Below, one piece after another: positions 51,937 to 59,109 of a stretch of DNA of 64,000 nucleotides. The position numbers were made by a program, and so were the translations under genes. The stretch comes from Tepidiformaceae bacterium (GTDB taxonomy: Bacteria; Chloroflexota; Dehalococcoidia; Tepidiformales; Tepidiformaceae), in NCBI GenBank assembly GCA_963664025.2, contig OY760861.2:1822741-1886740 (forward strand), in the 5' to 3' direction. The notes beneath the pieces are model-generated. The model was given only the letters and a program-made list of their open reading frames with translations, had not been told where the DNA came from and did no database searches. Position 1 is the first letter of the stretch; every line of letters starts with the position of its first letter.

Positions 51937-53994
51937 ATGACCGTTTGGGTTTGCCATACCAACAAGGGAACCTACGAAGATGACTTTCTGAAGAACAGCC
52001 ACATCGGCATCAGCTATGGGTGTGAACTCGACCTGTTCACCATCGACTCCAGAGCGGAATTGCGGGAACACCTTATCGAGAACCACAACACTGATGAGGG
52101 TTACACTGTTCTGTGGCAATTCCGTAGTAACATTAGCGCCAACGACCTGGCAGTTGTGCCGATCGGCGACAAGTACCACATCGGCACAGTTGATGATATC
52201 TACAAGTACCGGCCAGGTACGAACCCGCAGCACGTTCGCCCCGTGACATGGCTGGCTCAGGATGTTCCCGAAGATGCCTTCCAGCAGGACAGTCTTGGCT
52301 CCAAGATTCTTAGCTCCATCAATAACGAGCCAGCATTCCACCGAATCAAAGCAGTCAACGCAGAGAAGGAGGTTGAGGAGCGTATCCGGGACATACTTCT
52401 CGACGACTACATCACGCAGGCACAGGCGCTCTTCAAGTCCGGGAAACTCGACAAAGGGGAAAGCTACAAGATCGCGATCGGCCAGCAACTGGCGGAAGCA
52501 CGCAAAGCCGTGCTGGATGGGAACGGGAACTGGCGGGATCTGGTGAAAAAGGGTATCGCCGGGAATCTCATCTTCCCTGTAACGATAGCCAAGTTCCGTG
52601 ACTGGATGGATAACTCCCCCGACGAGGCGCTCAATGCACTGCGGGAGATGTACGCCGAGGGTGACCGTTCCGCAACCGAGCGCGTGGGGGACTTCGCCCA
52701 ACGCCTTCTGCCATCCGGCATCAGCGCTGAGGGAGTGCGCACGAACGTTGCCTCTGTCCTCCTCATGGGCCTTGATGCCCAACAGCACCCGCCCTTCCGG
52801 GTCGGGAAGTTCGACGAGGCCTACGAGCGAACGGGATACCAACCGGTGCCGGACGGGGCAGACGAGGCGGGGCTCTACGGGCACGCGCAGGGGTTCCTCG
52901 ACAAGCTCTTGGAGCGAACACGCGCGCTGGAATTCGAGCGACCTGCAGACCGTCTGGAAGCGCAGTCGGTGGTGTGGATGATGTACGAGAAGAATGGCGA
53001 CCCAGACGAGGATGAAGACACGGAGTCCGATACGCCCATCTACCGTGTCCCTGACCTAGACGCGCTCGCGGACGAACTCATGCTCGACGCTCGCTTCCTG
53101 CGTGACATCAAGCAACTCCTCAACGAGAAGGGGCAGGTCATCTTCCAGGGGCCGCCGGGGACGGGGAAGACGTACGTTGCGCGGGAATTGGCGGCGTGCC
53201 TGGCCGGCTCGGATGAGCGGGTGCGGCTGGTCCAGTTCCACCCGTCCTACGCCTACGAGGACTTTGTGCAGGGCTTCCGTCCGACACTCGAAGATGGGCA
53301 GGCGGGGTTCGCGCTTCGGAATGGGCCGCTGGTTGAGATGGCCGATCGGGCGCGGAACGCGCCGGTTGATCAGAAGCACTTCCTGATCATCGACGAGATC
53401 AATCGCGGGAACATCGCCAAGGTGTTCGGGGAGTTGTACTTCCTGCTGGAGTACCGCAAGAAGGAGATCCAGCTCCAGTACTCGGACAAACCGTTCTCGC
53501 TGCCGCCGAACCTCTCCATCATTGGGACGATGAACACGGCGGACCGCTCGATCGCGCTGGTGGACCTAGCGCTGCGGCGGCGCTTCTCGTTCTTCGAGTT
53601 CCATCCCAACAAGGAGCCTGTCAAGGGGCTGCTGAGGCGTTGGCTGGACGAGAACGCGCCAGACATGGCGTGGCTCGCGGATGTCGTCGACTTCGCGAAC
53701 GAACGGCTGAATGAGCAACTGCAGAACCGTGAGGCGGCCATCGGCCCGAGCTACTTCATGAAGAAGGAGACCTTCAACGGCCAAGAAATCCCGCTTGACG
53801 AAGAGAGAGTTCGGCTCATCTGGGAGCATGATGTACTGCCCTACGTCGAGGAGCAGTTGTACGGGCAGCGTGATCGCCTCAAGGCTTTCGAGCTTGACAA
53901 GATGCATGCGGAAGCGAAGGGCACCGGTTCGGAAACAGGCGATGCCGATAACGCCAGCGAAGAGGAGAGCGAGGACGGCTCCGGCGATGCCTGA
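51937..53994 (+). CDS. mcrB: McrB-family AAA+ GTPase (5-methylcytosine-specific restriction enzyme B-like) with ~370-aa unrecognised N-terminal region
   Basis: AGGAGG sits 6 nt upstream of ATG 51937. Motifs: FQGPPGTGKTYVAREL, FHPSYAYEDFVQGFRP, LIIDEINRGNIAKVFGELYFLLEYR, IIGTMNTADRSIALVDLALRRRFSFFEF. Confidence 0.85.
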   Translation: MTVWVCHTNKGTYEDDFLKNSHIGISYGCELDLFTIDSRAELREHLIENHNTDEGYTVLWQFRSNISANDLAVVPIGDKYHIGTVDDIYKYRPGTNPQHVRPVTWLAQDVPEDAFQQDSLGSKILSSINNEPAFHRIKAVNAEKEVEERIRDILLDDYITQAQALFKSGKLDKGESYKIAIGQQLAEARKAVLDGNGNWRDLVKKGIAGNLIFPVTIAKFRDWMDNSPDEALNALREMYAEGDRSATERVGDFAQRLLPSGISAEGVRTNVASVLLMGLDAQQHPPFRVGKFDEAYERTGYQPVPDGADEAGLYGHAQGFLDKLLERTRALEFERPADRLEAQSVVWMMYEKNGDPDEDEDTESDTPIYRVPDLDALADELMLDARFLRDIKQLLNEKGQVIFQGPPGTGKTYVARELAACLAGSDERVRLVQFHPSYAYEDFVQGFRPTLEDGQAGFALRNGPLVEMADRARNAPVDQKHFLIIDEINRGNIAKVFGELYFLLEYRKKEIQLQYSDKPFSLPPNLSIIGTMNTADRSIALVDLALRRRFSFFEFHPNKEPVKGLLRRWLDENAPDMAWLADVVDFANERLNEQLQNREAAIGPSYFMKKETFNGQEIPLDEERVRLIWEHDVLPYVEEQLYGQRDRLKAFELDKMHAEAKGTGSETGDADNASEEESEDGSGDA

Positions 53995-55213
53995 GATTGA
54001 CCTGCAGGAGCATGAGACTAGCAGGCCCTACCGGCTGTCGGTCGACAAACGTGACGCGCTTGCCAAGTTCGTCGACGTCACCCCAGTCGCCGGAGAGTCG
54101 GACACCTACACACTAAAGCCCGGCTCGACCGTCGGGGCGCTGAGCGTGGGTGACTTGTCGGTCATCATCCAGCCCAAGCTGAAAATCTCGCGCGTGCTCT
54201 ACCTGGCGTCGTACGCGATGGCCGCGTTCAAACCCCAAGAAGAGCTGTTCTCCTACAAGGGCGTTCACACGCTGGTCGAGGCGCTGGCGCGTGCGCTCGC
54301 CTCGGCAGCGCGGAAGGCGTTCGCGCGCGGGCTGCTGCACGACTACCAGCCGAGGGAAGAGGCGCTGTATACGGTGCGCGGGCGGATCGCGTTCGCGGAG
54401 CAGATCCGGCGGCGGTTCGATGTGCCCCTGCCGGTCGAAGTTCGTTATGACGACTTCACCGACGACATTGAGGAGAACCGGCTGGTGAAGGCGGCAGCCT
54501 CGATCCTAAGCGGGCTGCGCATTGAGGACGCGGATGCGCGCGATGGTCTGCGCCGCATCGGCGCGACGCTCGTCAACGTGTCGCTGGTCCACTATCGCCC
54601 TGAGGACATCCCGTCCGTCGAGTTCGACCGGCTGAACGAGCACTACCGCGAGGTCGTGGAGTTGGCGCGGCTGATCCTGCGTCACGCCAGCTTCGAGTCG
54701 GAGCGCGGGGGCGTGCGCGCGTCCGGCTTCCTCATCGACATGAACGACGTGTTCCAAGAGTTCGTGACGCGCGCGCTGCGGGAGAAGCTGAGGCTCACGG
54801 AGCAGGCGTTTCCCCCGGACAAGAGACTCGGCGACAGAATGCCCGCGCTCGACGTGGCGGGAAGGGTGTCGCTCAGGCCCGACCTCTCGTGGTGGGAGGG
54901 AGACAGGTGCGTGTTCGTGGGCGACGCGAAGTACAAGACGGTGGCGGACAAAGGCGTTCCTACCGCCGACCTGTACCAGGCGCTGGCCTACGCAACGGCG
55001 CTGGACCTGCCGGGGGCGCTGCTGGCCTACGCGGAGGGGGAAGCGGACTCCCGCATCTACGACGTGCGTCATGCCGGCAAGCGGCTGGAGGTGAAAGCAG
55101 TCAGCCTGAGCGGCTCGATCGCGGAGATCGATGAGTCCATCGCGGCGCTCGCGGAGCGGGTCCGCTGGTTCAAGTGCGAGGCGCTTCGCCAGCGCCCGGG
55201 CCGGGCCGCCTGA
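53987..55213 (+). CDS. mcrC: McrC-family nuclease subunit
   Basis: 8-bp overlap with mcrB. VFVGDAKYK (PD-(D/E)xK core). Size and position are typical of McrC. Confidence 0.8.
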   Translation: MPEIDLQEHETSRPYRLSVDKRDALAKFVDVTPVAGESDTYTLKPGSTVGALSVGDLSVIIQPKLKISRVLYLASYAMAAFKPQEELFSYKGVHTLVEALARALASAARKAFARGLLHDYQPREEALYTVRGRIAFAEQIRRRFDVPLPVEVRYDDFTDDIEENRLVKAAASILSGLRIEDADARDGLRRIGATLVNVSLVHYRPEDIPSVEFDRLNEHYREVVELARLILRHASFESERGGVRASGFLIDMNDVFQEFVTRALREKLRLTEQAFPPDKRLGDRMPALDVAGRVSLRPDLSWWEGDRCVFVGDAKYKTVADKGVPTADLYQALAYATALDLPGALLAYAEGEADSRIYDVRHAGKRLEVKAVSLSGSIAEIDESIAALAERVRWFKCEALRQRPGRAA

Positions 55214-55224
55214 GCGCCGGACCT

Positions 55225-56151
55225 ATGCGCTGGGCGCGGTGGTTCTGGGGGCTGCGGTGGTGGGTGAAGTGGCCGATCATCGTGGTGGTGGCGCTGATCG
55301 TGCTGGGGGTGGCGCTGCCGTCGGGCGAAGAGGATGGGGGCGAGCGGGCGGCGGAGACGGCGGTGGCCTCGCCGAGTCCCGCGCCGAGCGCTGTCGCGGA
55401 GGCGACTGCGGCGGGGACGGCTGTCGTCACGCCCGCGTCCGCGCCGAGTGCGACGCCGACGCCTGCGCCGACGCGCGTTGCGACGGCTACGCCATCGCCG
55501 ACGCCCGCTCCCACCGCTACCCCCACCGCCGCGCCGACGGCCGCGCCGAGTCCGGCGGCCACGGTGCTGCCGGAGGTCGTGGCGCTGGTCGAGCGGCTGC
55601 GGGCGCTGATCGGGGAGCCGGAGGGGGAGCGTCCGGAGTACGAGCGGGGCGAGTTCGCGGGATGGCGGGACGTGGACGGGGATTGTCTCGATACGAGGCA
55701 GGAGGTGCTGGCCGAGGAGGCGGTCGGCGGCGAGTACGAGCTGGATGAGGAGGGGTGCCGCGTGCTGTCGGGGGAGTGGTACGACCCGTTCACGGGCCGC
55801 TGGTTCACGGACCCGCGGGAGCTTGACGTGGACCACGTGGTGGCGCTGGCGGATGCGTGGCGGTCGGGAGCGTGGATGTGGACGGAGGAGGCGCGGGATG
55901 CGTTCGCGAACGATCCGGCGAACCTGAACGCGATCGAGCGGCGGGAGAACCAGGAGCGCAAGGGCGCGTGGGGTCCGGCGGACTATTCGCCCGCGAACGG
56001 GGCGCAGGCGTGCGCCTACCTGTGGCAGTACGCGACGGTGAAAGCGGCGTACGAACTCGCGATCACGCGGCGGGACTTCGAGGCGGTCGCGGAGGGGCTC
56101 GCGGGGTGCGCGTCGGTCGAGCCGGCAGCGCCGTCCGGCGCGCGGGAGTAG
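55225..56151 (+). CDS. membrane-anchored HNH/DUF1524-family nuclease with Pro/Thr/Ala linker
   Basis: N-terminal TM (WPIIVVVALIVLGVAL), a PT-rich linker, then DGDCLDTRQEVL...LDVDHVVALADAWRSGA...ANLNAIERRENQERKG...CAY, typical of DUF1524-type HNH nucleases. Confidence 0.7.
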   Translation: MRWARWFWGLRWWVKWPIIVVVALIVLGVALPSGEEDGGERAAETAVASPSPAPSAVAEATAAGTAVVTPASAPSATPTPAPTRVATATPSPTPAPTATPTAAPTAAPSPAATVLPEVVALVERLRALIGEPEGERPEYERGEFAGWRDVDGDCLDTRQEVLAEEAVGGEYELDEEGCRVLSGEWYDPFTGRWFTDPRELDVDHVVALADAWRSGAWMWTEEARDAFANDPANLNAIERRENQERKGAWGPADYSPANGAQACAYLWQYATVKAAYELAITRRDFEAVAEGLAGCASVEPAAPSGARE

Positions 56152-56161
56152 CGCGCTTCGC

Positions 56162-57214
56162 TCAGACTTTCGCGGGCTCGAGTTCGGCGAGTTCGGCCAT
56201 GAGCTCCATGGCCTCGGGCTGGGTGGCGTTGACGGTGATGCCGGTGATGGGGTCGTCGGCCCAAAGCTTGTAGCGCTCGCGGATGCGCTCGACGGGGCCG
56301 ATGAGGGCGGTCTCGTCGAGGAACTCGTCGGGGACGGCGGCGGCGGCTTCCTCCTTGCGCCCGGCGAGGAAGAGCTCCTGGATGCGCTGGGCGGCGTCGG
56401 CGTAGCCGCGGCGGACCATGTTGTCGTTGTGGAAGTTCTTGGTGCGGTGGCCCATGCCGCCGATGTAGAGGGCGGTGCCGGGCTTCATCGCGTCGAGGGC
56501 GCCCCGCACGTCGTCGGTGATGCGGACGGTGGCGCCGACCTGGATCTCGAGGTCCTTGAGGCTCTTGCCGCCGCCCGCGCGCCGGAAGCCTTCCTCCAGC
56601 CAGGGCATGAAGTGGTCGAGCTGCTTGCCGGGGACGTAGCCGAGAGGGAGCCAGCCGTCGGCGATCTCGGCGGTGAGGCGGGTGTTGGCGGGGGTGCCGG
56701 TGCCGAGCCAGATGGGGATGTTGCGGTTCATGTGGAGGATGGAGCGGAGGGGCTTGCCGAGGCCGCTGGAGCCCTCGCCCGCGTAGGGGAGGGAGATTTC
56801 GCGGCCCTCGTGCATGACGGGGCGCTCGCGCTCGAAGATCTTGCGCATGATCTGGACGTAGTCGCGGATGCGGTAGTAGGGCTTGCCCCAGGGCTCGCCG
56901 TACCAGCCCTCGACGATCTGGGGGCCGGAGACGCCGATGCCGGCGATGAAGCGGTCGCCGCCGGCCATCGCATCGACGGTGGCGACGGACATGGCGCAGT
57001 TGGCGGCGGTGCGCGCGGCGAGCTGCATGATGCCCGTGCCGAGGCGGATGCGGTCGGTGACGGCGGCGAGGTAGGCGAGGGGGGTGACGGCGTCGGAGCC
57101 GTAGGCCTCGGCGGTCCAGACGGAGTCGTAGCCGAGGCGTTCGGCCATCTGGACCTTCTCGACGGGCAGGTTCATCTGCGGGCCCGAGTAGCCGATGCTG
57201 ATGCCGAGCTTCAT
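56162..57214 (-). CDS. LLM class F420-dependent oxidoreductase (luciferase-like)
   Basis: MKLGISIGYSG...ERLGYDSVWTAEAYGSDA...RIRLGTGIMQL. GGAGGA RBS. Internal start within the 56162..57559 ORF. Confidence 0.8.
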   Translation of the reverse strand: MKLGISIGYSGPQMNLPVEKVQMAERLGYDSVWTAEAYGSDAVTPLAYLAAVTDRIRLGTGIMQLAARTAANCAMSVATVDAMAGGDRFIAGIGVSGPQIVEGWYGEPWGKPYYRIRDYVQIMRKIFERERPVMHEGREISLPYAGEGSSGLGKPLRSILHMNRNIPIWLGTGTPANTRLTAEIADGWLPLGYVPGKQLDHFMPWLEEGFRRAGGGKSLKDLEIQVGATVRITDDVRGALDAMKPGTALYIGGMGHRTKNFHNDNMVRRGYADAAQRIQELFLAGRKEEAAAAVPDEFLDETALIGPVERIRERYKLWADDPITGITVNATQPEAMELMAELAELEPAKV

Positions 57215-57266
57215 GGGGATCCTCCGGGGGGCGCGGGGCGCGCTGCTGTGCGGGGATTGTACGGGC

Positions 57267-57351
57267 GAGGAGAGCGCCGCGCTGGCGCGCGGCTGAGTGT
57301 GAGGAGAGCGCGCGGCTGACGCCGCGCTGAGGGGTGAGTGGGGGCGGCGCG
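57267..57351 (+). repeat. REP/BIME-like element (unit A + unit B + GAGTGGGGGC tail)
   Basis: GAGGAGAGCGCCGCGCTGGCGCGCGGCTGAG-TGT-GAGGAGAGCGCGCGGCTGACGCCGCGCTGAG-GGGTGAGTGGGGGCGGCGCG. Confidence 0.85.
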
Positions 57352-57398
57352 GGCGGAGGCGTGGCATGATGCGGGGCGCAAACCGAGGGAGGTTCACG

Positions 57399-57908
57399 AT
57401 GGCTGAGGGCGACGTGATCACGCGGGAAGGGCTGTTTCGGGCGCTGTGCGAGCAGTGGCAGCGGACGGAGGACGCGATTGCGGCGGTCGGGGAGCGCTTC
57501 GACCAGCCGGCCCACGACGGGTGGACGGTGGGCGACGTGTTCCGGCACCTGACGGCCATCAGCCACGACGAATCGGCGGCGATCCGGGCGATGCTGGCGA
57601 CGGGCGAGTACGTCGTGCCGGGCGACGAGGCGAACGCGGCGAACGTGGGGAAGTTCGCGTCGCTCGACTACAAGATGCTGCGGATCGAGCTGAACACGGC
57701 GCACGGGGTGGTCTGGATGTACGTGCAGCGGTTCAGCGACGAGGACCTGGCGCAGACGTACCGGCTGATGGGGAACGAGTGGACGCTGGGGCAGGTGCTG
57801 GGCGTGCTCGCGCGGCACGAGCGGCAGCACGTGGCGGAGGCGCTGGCGGCGGCGGGCGTTCCCGAGTCGGCGGTCGTGCCGCTGGAGACGGCGCATCGCT
57901 GGGCTTGA
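57399..57908 (+). CDS. DinB/MDMPI_N-like metal-dependent four-helix-bundle protein (paralogue 1)
   Basis: GGGAGG sits 7 nt upstream of the ATG. DGWTVGDVFRHLTAISH and ARHERQHV give a His triad. Confidence 0.7.
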   Translation: MAEGDVITREGLFRALCEQWQRTEDAIAAVGERFDQPAHDGWTVGDVFRHLTAISHDESAAIRAMLATGEYVVPGDEANAANVGKFASLDYKMLRIELNTAHGVVWMYVQRFSDEDLAQTYRLMGNEWTLGQVLGVLARHERQHVAEALAAAGVPESAVVPLETAHRWA

Positions 57909-57909
57909 C

Positions 57910-57996
57910 GAGAAGAGCGCCGCGCTGGCGCGCGGCTGAGTGTGAGGAGAGCGCGCGGCTGGCGCCGCGCTGAGGAGCGAGTGAGGGGGCGGCGCG
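57910..57996 (+). repeat. REP/BIME-like element (A + B + tail)
   Basis: GAGAAGAGCGCCGCGCTGGCGCGCGGCTGAG-TGT-GAGGAGAGCGCGCGGCTGGCGCCGCGCTGAG-GAGCGAGTGAGGGGGCGGCGCG. It begins 2 nt after the DinB-1 stop. Confidence 0.85.
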
Positions 57997-58068
57997 AGCG
58001 GCGGCGTGGCAAGATGCGCGGGCGCGTACCGCCGGGCGGACGCGGGGGCGTACCGAGGGAGGTTCACG

Positions 58069-58578
58069 ATGGCTGAGGGCGAGACGATGACGCGGGAGGC
58101 GCTGTTCGGCGAAATCTGCGAGGTCTGGCAGCGGACGGAGGACGCGATCGCGGCGCTGGGGGCGCACTTCGGGACGGCGGCGGGCGGCGACTGGACGATC
58201 GGGGACGTGTTCCGGCACCTGACGGCGGCGAGCCACATCATGCCGGGGCGCATCCGCGCGCTGCTGGCGACGGGCGAACTGCCCTTCCCCGGCGACGAGG
58301 GGAACGCGGAGGGGGTCGCCAAGTTCGCGTCGCTGGACGACAAGATGCTGCGGATCGAGCTGAACACGGCGCACGGGGTGGTGTGGATGTACCTCCAGCG
58401 GTTCAGCGACGAGGACCTGGCGCAGCGGTTCACGATCTTCGGGGAGGAGGAGACGCTGGGCGAGGTCATCCGCCACCGCGTGCTGCACGAGGCGGGGCAC
58501 GTGAACGAGGCGCTGGAGGCGGCGGGGCTGCCGGAGTCGGCGATCACGCCGGTGGAGACGGCGCACCGCTGGACGTAG
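58069..58578 (+). CDS. DinB/MDMPI_N-like protein (paralogue 2)
   Basis: Same RBS context (cgagggaggttcacgATGgctgagggc) as paralogue 1. GDWTIGDVFRHLTAASH and LHEAGHV. Confidence 0.7.
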   Translation: MAEGETMTREALFGEICEVWQRTEDAIAALGAHFGTAAGGDWTIGDVFRHLTAASHIMPGRIRALLATGELPFPGDEGNAEGVAKFASLDDKMLRIELNTAHGVVWMYLQRFSDEDLAQRFTIFGEEETLGEVIRHRVLHEAGHVNEALEAAGLPESAITPVETAHRWT

Positions 58579-58581
58579 GGG

Positions 58582-58667
58582 GAGGAGAGCGCCGCGCTGG
58601 CGCGCGGCTGAGGGGGAGGAGAGCGCGCGGCTGGCGCCGCGCTGAGGAGCGAGTGGGGGCTGACGCG
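58582..58667 (+). repeat. REP/BIME-like element (A + B + tail)
   Basis: GAGGAGAGCGCCGCGCTGGCGCGCGGCTGAG-GGG-GAGGAGAGCGCGCGGCTGGCGCCGCGCTGAG-GAGCGAGTGGGGGCTGACGCG. Confidence 0.85.
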
Positions 58668-58699
58668 AGCGCCATAGTTGTTTGCCCTCCATAAATCAA

Positions 58700-58933
58700 T
58701 ATTCGCGGCGAATACTCCAGATGGGTAGTCGTGACGACTTAGGGATGGTGAGGCCGCCAATTTGCGCGGCGCAAATCCCCGGCGGCCCAGTCTCCGCCCC
58801 TGTGATTCGCGCGAATCACGGGCAAAACCGGCCCCCGAAGGGACCGGCTTCAGTTTGGCGGCCTGCGGTCGGTTTCCACGGAAACGATCGGGGGGATTCG
58901 CCCGTTTTGCGCGCGCAAAATAGGGAGCGTCCC
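58700..58933. other. palindrome/hairpin-dense non-coding region (candidate structured RNA or operator array)
   Basis: Perfect palindromes: TATTCGC-G-GCGAATA (58700-14), ATTTGCGC-G-GCGCAAAT (58760-76, nested in GGCCGCC/GGCGGCC 58752-87), GTGATTCGCGCGAATCAC (58802-19), TTTTGCGCGCGCAAAA (58905-20). Hairpins at 58727-39, 58828-47, 58872-85 and 58923-33. Confidence 0.6.
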
Positions 58934-59109
58934 GGGGCAACTGATACGCCGAGAACCGCTGTAGAGTACTGGATAGATCGCGCACCAATTTGAGCTAAAA
59001 TATCGTGGATATTCTCGATATAACAGCCTCTACATGGTGCTTTATATCCACTGCACTACTTCTTCGTATTTAGTATAGTTACCGTGATCCTGATTTTGGA
59101 GGAAAACAG

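Noticed and set aside
56016-58988. 990-aa minus-strand ORF running through the LLM gene, DinB genes and REP elements
   Set aside because: Low-complexity translation. It crosses several palindromic repeats, which read as ...SAARQRGALL... in several frames, and it opposes well-supported plus-strand genes.
58682-58993. 103-aa plus-strand ORF in the palindrome-dense region
   Set aside because: It has no RBS and a Pro/Arg/Gly-rich composition. The frame runs straight through successive perfect palindromes, so a non-coding interpretation is more likely.
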